This document shows, in pieces, positions 35,121 to 46,087 of a stretch of DNA of 64,000 bases (its first letter is position 1; the number at the start of each line of letters is the position of its first letter). The notes below the pieces were generated by a model. That model searched no databases. It was given only the letters and a program-made list of their open reading frames with translations, and was not told the origin of the DNA. Position numbers and translations under genes: made by a program. The stretch covers positions 1,935,863 through 1,999,862 of the forward strand of contig OZ251457.1 in assembly GCA_965242565.1 (NCBI GenBank), in the 5' to 3' direction. The stretch comes from Dehalococcoidia bacterium. GTDB lineage: Bacteria > Chloroflexota > Dehalococcoidia > Bin125.

Positions 35121-36368
35121 ATGAGCGAGTCGGGCGATCGGCGGCGCTTCGAGCGCCCGCCTCTGCGCCGCGTCTTCGCGATCCGCGACTACCGCATGCT
35201 CTGGTCCGGCGCGCTGGCGATGATCATCGCCCAGCAACTCCGCTTCCTCGCGATCCCCCAGTGGGTGCTCGACGAAACCGGCGAGTTCGCCCAGATCGCG
35301 ATCATCGGCGCCATCCAGCTGCCGGTGCAGATCATCGCCGTGCTCTACGGCGGCGTGCTCGCCGACCGCTTCGACCGCCGCTGGCTGATGGCCGGCTCCA
35401 ACGCGATCGTCTTCCTCCTGCTGGTGCTGCTGGCCGCCGCGGCGACTGCGGACATATTGCTCGTCTGGCACACCTGGGTCGTGCTCGCCGTGTTGGCCGC
35501 CCTGGCCGTGTTCGTCGCCCCCGCCCGCGCCACGATCACCCCCCGCGTCGTGCCCGAGCGCTACCTCTCCACCGCCGTCACCATCGACACCGGCACTCAG
35601 AACGGCGGCTGGATCCTCGGCAACGTGCTCTTCACCGCGATCGTCTCCCTGATCGATGTCACCGCCGCGCTCTGGGCCGCCGCCGGCTTCGCCGCCGTCT
35701 CCACCCTGATGCCGATGCTGATCCGCACCTCCGCCCGAGCCGCCGGCGAGCGCGCCGGTGCGCTCGCCAGCGTCGTCGCCGGCGGACGCTTCGTCGCCCG
35801 CCACCCGATCCTGCCCGGCCTCTTCCTGCTCGATTGGGGCATCACCGTCGTCTCCTACTACCGCGAAATCCTGCCCGTGCTCTCCACCGGCCTCTTTATG
35901 GCTGGCGCGAGCGCCGCCGGCGGACTGGGCACGGCCAACGCAGTCGGCTCCGTCGGCGGCATGCTGCTCGCCCTCTTCCTCGTCCACGAGCGCGCCAAAG
36001 GGATGCTCGTGCTGATCGCCTCGCTGGTTTACGCCGCCCTGCTCTTCGCCATGGGCACAGCGCCCTGGCTCTGGCTCGGACTGATCGTGATCGCCATGCT
36101 CGGCGCAGCCGACGCCGTCACCGTCGCCGTGCGACAGTCCACCGTCCAACTGACCACGCCCGACGAAATGCGCGGCCGCGCCTTCTCCTTCATGGTGCTC
36201 GCCGCGCAGACCGCCAACAATGTCGGCATCATCTGGGTCGGTTTCTGGGCCGGCTCGATCGGCGCGCCCAACGCGATGCTGCTCGGCGGCGCGCTCGGCA
36301 TCGCCGCCACCCTGCTGATCGGCCTGCTGTGGAAATCCGTCCGCGCCTACCGCGCCCCGGCCGTCTGA
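35121..36368 (+). CDS. MFS transporter (EntS/YbdA-like)
   Basis: 12-TM hydrophobic profile. N-terminal motif GALAMIIAQQLRFLAIPQWVLDETG...LYGGVLADRFDRRWLM. Confidence 0.7.
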   Translation: MSESGDRRRFERPPLRRVFAIRDYRMLWSGALAMIIAQQLRFLAIPQWVLDETGEFAQIAIIGAIQLPVQIIAVLYGGVLADRFDRRWLMAGSNAIVFLLLVLLAAAATADILLVWHTWVVLAVLAALAVFVAPARATITPRVVPERYLSTAVTIDTGTQNGGWILGNVLFTAIVSLIDVTAALWAAAGFAAVSTLMPMLIRTSARAAGERAGALASVVAGGRFVARHPILPGLFLLDWGITVVSYYREILPVLSTGLFMAGASAAGGLGTANAVGSVGGMLLALFLVHERAKGMLVLIASLVYAALLFAMGTAPWLWLGLIVIAMLGAADAVTVAVRQSTVQLTTPDEMRGRAFSFMVLAAQTANNVGIIWVGFWAGSIGAPNAMLLGGALGIAATLLIGLLWKSVRAYRAPAV

Positions 36369-36422
36369 GTGGATACGCTCACTGCACGCACACACATCTA
36401 CGCCCACGGACGGAGGCCCACA

Positions 36423-37115
36423 ATGACCACCGCAGCGCAGGCCGGTTTCGGCCCCGAACTGTTCGACTTCCTCGAAGAGCTCGAGCTGAACAACCGCCGC
36501 GACTGGTTCGAGGCCAACCGCGAGCGCTACGAGTCCGACCTCCGCGAGCCCGCCTTCGAGCTGATTCGCGCCGTCCGCCCGCTGCTCGCCAAAATCTCGC
36601 CCGCGATCATCGCCCGCGACGCCAAAGTCGGCGGCTCGCTGATGCGCATCCACCGCGATGTCCGCTTCTCGCCCGACAAATCGCCCTACAAAACCAACGT
36701 CGGCATCCAATTCCGCCATCGCGCCGGCAAGGATGTCCACGCGCCCGGCTACTACATCCACCTCTCGCCCGACGACTGCTTCTTCGGCGCCGGCAGCTGG
36801 ATGCCCGACCGCGACGCGCTCGCCGCCTACCGCGAGGCCATCGCCGAACACCCCAAAGAGTGGAGCAAGCTCGCCCGCCGCTACCAGAAGTCCCCCTGGC
36901 GCATCGACGGCGACAAACTCAAGCGCCCGCCCAGAGGCTGGAGCGCCGACCACCCCATGATCGAAGAGCTCAAGCGCAAACACTTCATCGCCGTCCGCAA
37001 CTTCACCCACGAAGACGCCCTGAGCGACACCTTTCCCGTCCAAATCGCCGCCTGGTGCAAGGCAACAGCCCCCCTCATGGCCTTCCTTTGCACCGCCGCC
37101 GCCCTCGACTTCTAA
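36423..37115 (+). CDS. TIGR02453/DUF2461 family protein
   Basis: FLEELELNNRRDWFEANRERYE...HRDVRFSPDKSPYKTNVGIQF matches the DUF2461 signature. Confidence 0.7.
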   Translation: MTTAAQAGFGPELFDFLEELELNNRRDWFEANRERYESDLREPAFELIRAVRPLLAKISPAIIARDAKVGGSLMRIHRDVRFSPDKSPYKTNVGIQFRHRAGKDVHAPGYYIHLSPDDCFFGAGSWMPDRDALAAYREAIAEHPKEWSKLARRYQKSPWRIDGDKLKRPPRGWSADHPMIEELKRKHFIAVRNFTHEDALSDTFPVQIAAWCKATAPLMAFLCTAAALDF

Positions 37116-37119
37116 GCCC

Positions 37120-37565
37120 TGCTCACACTCCCGCCATTCCCGCCCACATCTCCGTCATACCCGCCGCCCCCTTTTCCCGTCATTCCCGCCCCCGAGCGGG
37201 AATCGGCCCCGATACGCCGCCGCCCCCTCCCGTCATACCCGCGCTTGCCGCGGAGCCTGCCCCTGGCTCGAACAGGGGTATCTCGACGCTAACGCACCAA
37301 ACGCCACGAACCGCCCTCACCTCCCCCGCTCCAGCGCCTCTCCATCGCTCACCCGCCCCTTTTCCCGTCATTCCCGCCCCTGAGCGGAAATCGGCCCCAA
37401 CACCCCACCACACCCCCTCCCGTCATACCCGCGCTTGCCGCGGGTATCCCGACGAGAACAGCACCAACGCCGCATCCCGCCACCTGTCCATCATTCCCGT
37501 CCCTTTTCTCACCATTCCCTTCCCCCCGAGCGAGAATCAGCCTCGGCCTGCGCCAGAGCAACGGC
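37120..37565. repeat. Large repeat cluster (several copies of 'catacccgcgcttgccgcgg...tatc(t/c)cgacg' and 'ttttcccgtcattcccgcccc(c/t)gagcgg(g/a)aatcggcccc' modules; one copy carries an inserted secondary hairpin gcccctggctcgaacagggg)
   Basis: Same family as 300-560 and 6935-7085. Confidence 0.6.
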
Positions 37566-37603
37566 ACTTAGCAGTGCTCGAATCAGTCCTTCTGCGCGCT
37601 GAA

Positions 37604-40600
37604 TTAACGAACCAGGAGCCCCCAACACCGGACAGTGCCGTCGTCGCGCAGCCCACAGGTGTGTCCGCCACCGGCGCTAACGGCGGCGAAGCGGTCGCTC
37701 GGCGCTTCCGTTTGGCCGGAGCCGTTCGTTCCCCAGCACTCGACAGCACCGCTCTCGCGCAGCCCGCAGGTGTGCCCGCGACCGGCGCTAACGGCGGCGA
37801 AGCGGTCGCTCGGCGCATCCGTTTGGCCGGAGCCGTTCGTTCCCCAGCACTCGACAGCACCGTTCTCGCGCAGCCCGCAGGTGTGCCAGCCACCGGCGCT
37901 AACGGCGGTGAAGCGGCCGCTCGGCGCATCCGTTTGGCCGGAGCCGTTCGTTCCCCAGCACTCGATGGCACCGCTCTCGCGCAGTCCGCAGGTATGGAAG
38001 CTGCCGGCGCTGACGGCGGTGAAGCGGCCGCTCGGCGCGTCAGCCTGTCCTCTATCGCCGGAAGCATAGGGGAGCTCCTCGGCTCCCCAGCACTCGACGG
38101 TGCCATCATAGCGCAGTCCGCAGGTGTGCTGGTCGCCTGCGGTAACGTCTCTGAAGCGTCCGCTAGGTGCGTCTATTTGGCCGAACTCACCGTATCCCCA
38201 GCATTCAACAGTGCCAGTTTCGCGCAGTCCGCAGGCGTGGCTGACAAGCTCGCTTCCATGGTACGAGCCAGTAGAACCAGTGCTGACGGCTATGAACCGC
38301 CCGTCAGGACTGCCGTATTGGGTGTATCCCCAACATTCGACGGTACCATCGTCGCGCAGCCCGCAGGTGCTGGTTGAGCTGGCGCTAATCGCGGAGAAGC
38401 GACGATTTTTAGGTGTGGACTCTCCGTATTCGTTCCGTCCCCAGCATTCGACGGTGCCGTCGTCGCGCAGCCCGCAGGTGTGATGCGTACCGGCGCTGAT
38501 GGCGGTAAACCGGCCACTAGGTGGGTCGGATGTGCCTCCCCAGCATTCGACAGTGCCGTTGTTGCGAAGCCCACAGGTGTGGGACCTACCAGCGCTGATG
38601 GCAGTAAACCGGCCGTTAGGTGAGTCGGATATGGTTCCCCAGCATTCGACAGTGCCGTCGTCGCGCAACCCACAAGTGTGAGAGCCACCCGTGCTGACGG
38701 CGGTGAATTGGCCACCGGGGTCATCGGACTGGCCTGCTCCGTTGCTCCCCCAACATTGAACGGTGCCATCATCGCGCAACCCACAGGTGTGGACGGAGGG
38801 GGTGTCGTCACTCCAAGTACCGGGCTGGCCCCAGCCGGCGCTAATCGCGGTAAATCGTCCTCTCGGCGCGTCGGACTGACCCAGATCGTTGTCTCCCCAG
38901 CATTCGACAGTGCCGTCGTCGCGCAGTCCGCAAGTGTGCCAGGCACCCGAGCTGATCGCGCTGAAGCGGCCGGCCGGAGCGTCGGCCCAGTCGCTGAAGT
39001 CACTTCCCCAGCATTCGACAGTACCGTCGTCGCGCAGTCCGCAAGTGTAGCCGCCGGCGCTGACGGCCTTAAAAGCACCAGGCTGCGGATGTCTCTGTCC
39101 AGAGCTGTTGTTTCCCCAACACTCGATTTCCCCGCTCACGCGCAGCCCGCAGGTGTGCCCACTGCCAGCGCTGACGGCCTGGAACACATCTTCGCCGCCC
39201 GCCAATTCCACACGCAGCTCGAACTCTCCGGTTTGCCCTGCACCGCGATTCGCCACCTCGATCGTGTACAGGCCGGCCTCCATCTCCGCGCGAGCCCAGT
39301 CCGACGCCTCCGTGAAGACGCGCACCGGCTTCGCCGTGCGACTCGTCTCCCGCGAGACGTAGACCGCGGAGCTCTGCTCCGAATCCAGCCCAAGAGTGGC
39401 CTCCTGCGCCTCATCCAGCTCGAACCGGTAGTAGCGCGCATAACTCCCGTCGAGCCGCTGCGACTGGCAGGCATGATTCCAGCGCCCCTTCACCGTGCCC
39501 TCGGTGATATCCCCGCCCCAGCACACCGACGGCGGCACGTCATATGCGACTGTGCCCAGACGCTCCTCGTCGTTGGCGATCAGCACCTTGAAGAACTCGA
39601 CACCACGCTGCACTCCATTCACGAGCTTCTCGCCCACCTTGTAGGCCCCGTACACTTTGATCAGCGCAGCCTTCTTAATCGTGACGCCAGCGTGCTGAGC
39701 GGCAGCGATTATCAGGTCGACCAGCGCTTCGCCCATCTCCGGCGTCAGGAGCACACCCGCCACCGTCTTCAGCGCCGCCTCACGGTTGCCGTTGTCCCAC
39801 TGGTTAAACGCTTGCACGAGGTCCTCGCTGCGCAGCAGTACTGATACCAGGTTGGTCAAGGCGGGTATCGGCACAGCGAAACCGATGACCTCTTCAACCA
39901 TCTCCTTGATCGGTTGGTAGAACACTGTCATGCCCGCCGCGGTCCAGGTCATCTCGGCATTCAACCGAACGGCCCCATCGCGCGTCGGCCGCCAGCTGCC
40001 GACTGCTCCCGGCGCGAGCAGGGTGCCCTCGTGATCGCTCAGCCACTTGTAGAGATCGACCGAAGTAGCGTGCTCAGGGTTGCCCTCAATCGGCCGCACT
40101 TCAAACCAGATGTGGCGCGGATTGCGCGCCAACAGCAGCGGCCCGTCGTCCGTCCGTTGAGCGCACCCTTTCAGGTACACGCCGACGATCCGATCGATGA
40201 GACTGCCGCCGGAGGGGTTGCGAACGGTCACGGTATCGTCGGGCTTCTCGCAGATGATCTGGTCTTTCAGCCCCAACTGCTCCGCTCCCCAATCCACCGT
40301 CCAGGTGATCCCGTCCCAGATGCCCTCCCCAATCGTCGTCACGCCTTCGACTATGTATCCGCCGATGTCTTCGAGGCCCTGGGCGACATCGCCGATCACC
40401 GGAAGACCCTTGACCTTCTTCCAGAAGCTCAGCGAGTCGGTTTGGACGATGATCTGATCGCCCTCGACCGTGAACGGTTCGAGAATCCAGTGTTCGCCGT
40501 TGTAGTGCGCCAGGAACCAGGTTTCGTCTTCGTCGGCCGGCGACGGCAGCGACAACGTCACCGTCCCGGTCAGCTCACCCTCCACCTCGAAGTCCCACGC

Positions 40601-41381
40601 GCCCAACGTCTCGGTTCCCCCGGCGGGCAAGGGCGGCAATTCTTCCTCGGAGACGACCCGAGCGGTGATCTTCGCGCCCACCGACGCCGCGCCGGGCGGC
40701 ACCGTGATCGCCGCTCCATCTTCCGCTACCGCGGTACCGCCGCCCGCGCCCACCTCGCCCTCCGTCGGCTCTGGCCGCTCCGCCGGCACGGCGATCAGGC
40801 TGCTGCGCAGCCACTTGCTCGCGCTGTTGTCAATCAGCCGCCGTGTCAGAAAGCGATTCGTCGGAAAAACATCGTCGCCCCCGCTCTGCTCCCCGCGCAC
40901 ATCCTCGCCCCAGCCCGGCCGGAAACCGAAGCCAATCCGCGTCAGCCGCCCGTTGTCGTCCACTTCGGCGCGGGCGATGATCCGCCCGCGCACGCCGTCC
41001 TCTGACCCGTCGGCGTCGGGAATCAGGATCTCGCTGCTGCGCAGCCAGCGCCCGGCGCTGCTCTCGATCAGCCGCTGCGTCAGGAAGCGGTTCGTCGGGA
41101 AGAGGTCGTCCGGCCCGTCGCCGCCTCCGCGCACATCCTCGCCCCAGGCCGGCCGAAAGCCGAACTCCACCCGCGTCAGCCGGCCGTCGTCGTCCACCCA
41201 CGGGGCCACTACGATCCGACCGTCGACGCTACTCACACTGTCATCCTGCGCATTCGCAGGCTGTGCCAAAACAAGCGCGGCGACGGCTGCGACAAGCGCC
41301 GCCAGCCCTATCAGCAGCGCCTTAGTGAGGGTTTTTACCCCCCCCCCCCCCGAGATCCATGCAAACGTGCAGACGCATGAG
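37604..41381 (-). CDS. Large secreted RCC1-repeat protein (paralog of 9272-13306, permuted domain order); reading frame disrupted or phase-shifted at a G14 tract near the 5' end
   Basis: Body frame: signal-peptide-like VKTLTKALLIGLAALVAAVAALVLAQPANAQDD. Two about 50-aa repeats (GRIIARAEVDDNGRLTRIGFGFRP...WLRSS). Central domain homologous to the paralog. About 18 RCC1-like 37-aa repeats at the C-terminal end. Candidate ATGs at 41381/41360 (SD gaggggaa) are +1 out of frame with the body because of the poly-G tract (14 G on the coding strand). Confidence 0.6.
41338..41351. repeat. Homopolymeric tract C14 (G14 on coding strand) between candidate start codon and signal-peptide coding region
   Basis: Direct count: 41338-41351 is all C. 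It is the only homopolymer of 10 nt or longer seen in the window. Confidence 0.9.
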
Positions 41382-41552
41382 CTGTTTCCCCTCTTGTCCG
41401 ACCTCCGCGATCCGGCGCACGGGCAGCAGACTACGGGCATGCGAACTGTTCGGTCAAACGAATGAGGGGACTTGGGCTGACGCGTCGCCAGTCCGCCGCT
41501 CAGAGGGAGGCGCGTACCCTGCCCCCAACCCTCGATCAGAAGGAGCACCCCA

Positions 41553-42044
41553 ATGACCCAGCGCGAACCCGCCAACATGCCTCCCGAAGCCCCCGCCCTC
41601 GACACCGAACCCATCCCCCCGCCCGACGACGCCCGCTTCGTCGTCAAGGCCGTCGCCGACATCCCCGAGACCGTCGGGCGCAACATCCACGCACGACGCA
41701 TGTTCACCGCCGCCGAGGGGCGCTTCGAGAGCTCGCTCTCCTTCGTCCTCTTCAACCGCCTGCCCGTCGGCGAGACCAACGTCCGCCACATCCACGAGGA
41801 CGTCGAGAAGGTCTACTACTTCCTGCGCGGCAACGCGGAGATCGACTGCGGCCCCTGGCGCGCCGCCGCCGCCGCCGGCGACTTCCTCTTCTTCCCCGCC
41901 GACATCGCCCACCAGATCCGCAGCCTCGGCCCCGACGACCTCGAATTCATCGTCTGCGCCGCCTCCACCGTCGGCGAGGCGCGCGGAATGTCCGACGGCG
42001 GCCTGCTCGACCAGCCGGCCGGCGACGGCGAGGACGCCTCATGA
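41553..42044 (+). CDS. Cupin domain protein
   Basis: RHIHEDVEKVYYFLRGNAEIDCG...AGDFLFFPADIAHQIRSLG is the cupin two-motif pattern. Confidence 0.6.
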   Translation: MTQREPANMPPEAPALDTEPIPPPDDARFVVKAVADIPETVGRNIHARRMFTAAEGRFESSLSFVLFNRLPVGETNVRHIHEDVEKVYYFLRGNAEIDCGPWRAAAAAGDFLFFPADIAHQIRSLGPDDLEFIVCAASTVGEARGMSDGGLLDQPAGDGEDAS

Positions 42045-43093
42045 CCGACATCGACGCCACCGAAATCCTCCCCCTCGAGCCGCTCCGCGACTTCGGCGAG
42101 GCCGTCTATCAGGCCTGCGGCGTGCCGCCCGCCGACGCCGCGCTGACCGTCGAAATCCAGCTCACCGCCGACCTGCGCGGCGTCGACACCCACGGCTTCC
42201 AGCGCCTGCCCTGGTACGCCGGACACCTGCGCGAGGGCCGCTACAACCCCACGCCCAGCCTGGCCGCAATCCGCGAGACGCCCGTCTCGCTGCTGGTCGA
42301 CGGCGACGGCGGCATCGGTCAGCTGGCCGTCGCCCGCACCATGCAGCGCACCATCGCAAAGGCGCGCGAAACCGGCCTCGCGCTGGGCGCGCTGCGCAAC
42401 TCCAACGACTGGGGCATGGGCGCTTACTACCCGATGCTGGCCGCCGCCGAAGGCTTCGTCTCCTTCTGCACCACCACCTCCGTGCCCACCCTCGCCCCGT
42501 TCGGCGCGCGCACCCGCATGACCGGCAACAACCCCATGGCCTTCGCCGCCCCGCGCACCTCCGGCCCGCCGATGGTGCTCGACATGGCGCTCACCCCCGT
42601 TGCGCTCGGCAAAGTGATGCGCGCCCGTGCCGAGGGCCGCGAGATTCCTGAAGAGTGGAGCTTCCTCGATCTGGAGGGCCAGCCCACCACCGATCCGCAA
42701 ACCGCGCTCGGCGGCATCATCCCCGCGCTCGGCGCGGTCAGCGCTTACAAGGGCAGCGGCCTCAGCCTCTTCATGAACCTGCTCGCCGGCGCGCTGCCCG
42801 GCAGCGCCCACTCCGCCGCCGTCGAAATCGGAAAGCGCGGACAGTTCCTGCTGGTCGTCTCCCCCGACCTCTTCGGCGAGGCCGCCGAGTTCGAGGCCGC
42901 CGTCGACGAAATCTGGCGCCAGGTCAAATCCGCCGACCCGCTGCCCGGCGTCCAGGAGGTGCTCGCCCCCGGCGAGCAAGAGCAGCGCACCCACGACGAA
43001 CGCAGCGCCGCCGGCCAAATCGCCTACCCCGCCTCCACCGTCCGCGACCTCCGCGACCTCTCCGCCGACCTGGGCATCCCCCTCGATGCGTAA
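42041..43093 (+). CDS. Ldh_2 family malate/L-lactate/sulfolactate-type dehydrogenase
   Basis: [22 protein letters not shown]..., [10 protein letters not shown], and [29 protein letters not shown] are Ldh_2 (YlbC/AllD-like) signatures. ATGA start/stop overlap with the cupin gene. Confidence 0.75.
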   Translation: MTDIDATEILPLEPLRDFGEAVYQACGVPPADAALTVEIQLTADLRGVDTHGFQRLPWYAGHLREGRYNPTPSLAAIRETPVSLLVDGDGGIGQLAVARTMQRTIAKARETGLALGALRNSNDWGMGAYYPMLAAAEGFVSFCTTTSVPTLAPFGARTRMTGNNPMAFAAPRTSGPPMVLDMALTPVALGKVMRARAEGREIPEEWSFLDLEGQPTTDPQTALGGIIPALGAVSAYKGSGLSLFMNLLAGALPGSAHSAAVEIGKRGQFLLVVSPDLFGEAAEFEAAVDEIWRQVKSADPLPGVQEVLAPGEQEQRTHDERSAAGQIAYPASTVRDLRDLSADLGIPLDA

Positions 43094-44132
43094 GCGCGCC
43101 GCGCTCGCCGTCGTCGTCGCGCTGCTGATCGGCGCATTCGCCGCGCTCGTCGGCTGCGCTGAAGACGATCCGCCGCCGCCCGCGCTGCAACAGGTCGAGC
43201 AGGAAGATCCGCAGCCGGCCAAGCAGGACGACGGCCCGCCGCAGGCCGCGCAAGCGCCGCCGCAAGAGCAGCAGGCGGAGCCGCAATCCGAACGACCTCA
43301 GCCTGAGCCGTCATCGAGCGATGGCCTGCCCTTCGCCGAGGACGCCGCGCTGCTCGCTCGCTTGCAGGTCGCGGACGAGTGGGACGGCGACGTCGACTAC
43401 GACCGCGATACTTACCTACCCGGCGGCTGGGGCGACGCCGACGGCGACGGCTGCAACACCCGCGAGGAGGTGCTGATCGCCGAAGCGCGCGCGATCACCA
43501 GCGTCAACCAGTGGTGCCGTCCCATCGACGGCATCTGGTGGTCCTGGTACGACGAAATCGAGTTCGACGATCCGGGCGAGATCGACATCGACCACATGGT
43601 GCCGCTTTTCGAGGCGCACCACTCCGGCGGCTGGCAGTGGTCCGGGCCTCGGCGCATCGCCTTCGCCAATGACCTGGACGAGCCGGCCGCGCTGACTGCC
43701 GTCTCATCTCGCAGCAACCGCGAAAAGAGCGCCGATGATCCCGCAGAGTGGCGTCCACCCGCGCGTTCGGCGTGGTGCCAATACGCGCGCGACTGGATCA
43801 CCGTCAAAGCGCGCTGGTACCTCACAGCCGACCAGGCCGAGGTCTCGGCGCTGCGAACAATGCTCGAAACCTGCGAAGCGCCGCCCGAATCTCGCCCGGC
43901 GGAACAGCTCGATCGCCCTGTCCGCCGCGTCGAAGTGGGCGAGCGGGAGAACGACCGACCAGCACCTCAGCCGACAGGCGAGCGAAAGGCTGTCTACGAC
44001 TCCTGCGACGAAGCCGAAGCCGCCGGCGAGCCGCGCATCCAGGGCGAGCGCGGTACAGGCCAAGGCTTCCCCGCCGCAAAAGTCCCCGCCGCCCGCGACG
44101 GCGACGAAGACGGCGTCGTTTGCGAGCGATAG
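43086..44132 (+). CDS. Secreted lipoprotein with DUF1524 (His-Me finger/HNH-like nuclease) domain and C-terminal Excalibur Ca-binding domain
   Basis: Lipobox [27 protein letters not shown]...[30 protein letters not shown] is the DUF1524 pattern. C-terminus [14 protein letters not shown] is Excalibur-like (DxDxDGxxCE). Confidence 0.55.
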   Translation: MRKRAALAVVVALLIGAFAALVGCAEDDPPPPALQQVEQEDPQPAKQDDGPPQAAQAPPQEQQAEPQSERPQPEPSSSDGLPFAEDAALLARLQVADEWDGDVDYDRDTYLPGGWGDADGDGCNTREEVLIAEARAITSVNQWCRPIDGIWWSWYDEIEFDDPGEIDIDHMVPLFEAHHSGGWQWSGPRRIAFANDLDEPAALTAVSSRSNREKSADDPAEWRPPARSAWCQYARDWITVKARWYLTADQAEVSALRTMLETCEAPPESRPAEQLDRPVRRVEVGERENDRPAPQPTGERKAVYDSCDEAEAAGEPRIQGERGTGQGFPAAKVPAARDGDEDGVVCER

Positions 44133-44139
44133 TCGCGCC

Positions 44140-44560
44140 CCTCGCCCCTCGCCCCTCGCCCCTCGCTCGATCTACCCATCGCCTCAGTCATGCCCACGTT
44201 TGCGTCTCCGCCGTACCTGTGCCTGCGCTCCTGCGGTACCCGCACTTGCATCCCCGTCATACCCGCGCTTGCACTTCCGTCATACCCGCGCTTGCCGCGG
44301 GTATCTCGCCGTGAGTAGCGCCGATTTCCGTAGCGTCCCCTTATCCCGTCCGGCCCCGCACACACGCACCCACTCGTCGCGCCCGACTTGATCGGGCGCC
44401 CAAACCCGCCCCCGTCCGCAGCACAAGGGATCCGAACCATCCCCGACGTCTGTGCGAGGGCATCTCGGTACGCCGCCCCGCCAGCCGTCGTCGTATGGAT
44501 TCCCGCTCAAGGTGGGAATGACGGAGTGGGGAGGCATGACGGAATAACCATCTCCGCCGG
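44140..44560. repeat. Repeat cluster (palindromic 'ccgtcatacccgcgcttgc(a/c)...' modules and 'gcccgacttgatcgggcgcccaaacccgcccccgtccgcagcacaag' at 44379-44430)
   Basis: Same family. This copy of the hairpin module again has compensatory stem changes (gcgcccga/tcgggcgc). Confidence 0.6.
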
Positions 44561-44585
44561 CAACTGGAGTTTCGCTCTAGAACCC

Positions 44586-44942
44586 CTATGCAGGGGGACT
44601 GCCGCTTCCAGCGGTTGGGCGGTCGGCCGCCCCACCAGCAAGCGTCCTCTCGTGGCGCACCAGCGCCGCTGCCGCAACCGCGCCCGACAACCACGACGCC
44701 CCGATCAGCGCCCACAGACCCGCCTCCAACCCAACCAACCCCCAGACCGCCGCGAAGACCGCCACCGCTCCCTGCACCGCCAGCGCCTCCGCCCGACGCT
44801 CCACCAGCGACGCCGCCAGACAGACCGACAGCGCCAGCCCCGCCGCCGCCGACGCCCACCAGGCGCTCTCCAGCCACGCGACCGCCGCAACGATCGCAAC
44901 CACGGCGGACAGCGCCGCCCACGGACCGATTTGTTTCCACAT
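44586..44942 (-). CDS. Hypothetical membrane protein
   Basis: 118 aa with 3-4 predicted TM helices. No recognisable family; coding status uncertain in high-GC DNA. Confidence 0.3.
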   Translation of the reverse strand: MWKQIGPWAALSAVVAIVAAVAWLESAWWASAAAGLALSVCLAASLVERRAEALAVQGAVAVFAAVWGLVGLEAGLWALIGASWLSGAVAAAALVRHERTLAGGAADRPTAGSGSPPA

Positions 44943-45074
44943 GTCGCCGCCCCAATCGCCCGCAGACTACTCCCCCGCGTGCGCCGTCAAACCCTGCCGC
45001 GCGACAGAACACAGTTACGCGGCGGCTATCGTGCGCAGCGAAGGGGGACGCCGGTGGACGAACGCGAACAACGC

Positions 45075-45989
45075 ATGCGCCTCGCCGCATTCGCCCATGC
45101 CGAGCGGCTCAGCCGCGCCAACGGCGGACTGACCGGCGACCAGCTCAACGCCGGCTTCCCCTTTGAGGGCGAATACATCCCGCTCGTCCGCCGCCAACAG
45201 GGCATCGGCAAGGTCGCCGCCATGCCCCATCTGCTCTCGCTGCGCACCGCTTGGTTGAAGAGCAACTCGATCTACGACGACCAGGCTTTCGCGCACGATC
45301 AGATTGTCTCGAACGACGGAGAAATCACCTACGAATTCATGAAGGGCGGCCCCGACCACCCGCTGAACCAGCACCTCCTCGCCGCGTGCGATCTGGAAAT
45401 CCCCGTGATCTACTTCCTCGCCGTCGCCCAGGGCTTCTATCACGCCTTCATGCCCGTTTGGATCGTCGATTGGTTGCCCCACGCCGGCGAATACGGCCAA
45501 GTCCGTCTCGCTTTCGGGCTGCCCGGCGGCGATCGCCCCGTGCTCGCCGCCGAGCGCCGCGCCGGGCTGGTCGCCGCCCAACGCGGCCTGCGCGGCGCCC
45601 GTTTCCGCGAGCAGGTCGTCCACGCCTACCGCCAGCGCTGCGCCATCTCCGGCGAAGGCGGCGACAGAACCGCCGCCGATCGGCGGCGCGCCCGCCGCCT
45701 GCTCGGCGTCCTCGACCTCAACGGCGAGCGCGCCGAATCCCGCTCGCCCGCCCACGGCCTGCTGCTCGGCAAACTCCACCGCGCCGCCTTCGAGTCCAAT
45801 CTGATCGGCATCGACCCCGACTACCGCGTGCGCGCCTCCCAACGCCTGCTCGCAGAGACCGACGATCCCCTGACGGCCGCCCTGCGCGAGCTCGACGGCG
45901 CCCCGCTACGGCTGCCCAACTACCCTGAGCACCGCCCCGACCGCGACCTGCTCGCCGCCCACTACCACGACTTCCTCCACGCCGATTAG
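45075..45989 (+). CDS. HNH_2-like (restriction-endonuclease-like) domain protein
   Basis: ARFREQVVHAYRQRCAISGE...PAHGLLLGKLHRAAFESNLIGIDPDY resembles the HNH_2 family (F-R-x-x-V-x-x-A-Y...C-A-I-x-G ... L-H-x-A-F-D). The middle segment is atypical. Start ATG 45075 within the longer ORF-track frame. Confidence 0.45.
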   Translation: MRLAAFAHAERLSRANGGLTGDQLNAGFPFEGEYIPLVRRQQGIGKVAAMPHLLSLRTAWLKSNSIYDDQAFAHDQIVSNDGEITYEFMKGGPDHPLNQHLLAACDLEIPVIYFLAVAQGFYHAFMPVWIVDWLPHAGEYGQVRLAFGLPGGDRPVLAAERRAGLVAAQRGLRGARFREQVVHAYRQRCAISGEGGDRTAADRRRARRLLGVLDLNGERAESRSPAHGLLLGKLHRAAFESNLIGIDPDYRVRASQRLLAETDDPLTAALRELDGAPLRLPNYPEHRPDRDLLAAHYHDFLHAD

Positions 45990-46087
45990 CACGCCGATCA
46001 GCGCGCCGACTGACCCCGCGCGCCGACGCGCCCAGCGCTCTATCCTGTGCGCAACGCCCTGCGCAGGCGACGCGGAAGGATGAACCA

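Noticed and set aside
41385-41791. N-terminal extension of the RCC1 paralog to the Met at 41791
   Set aside because: The extension is Cys/Arg-rich with no SD. It precedes an obvious signal peptide, so the true start is near the G14 tract.
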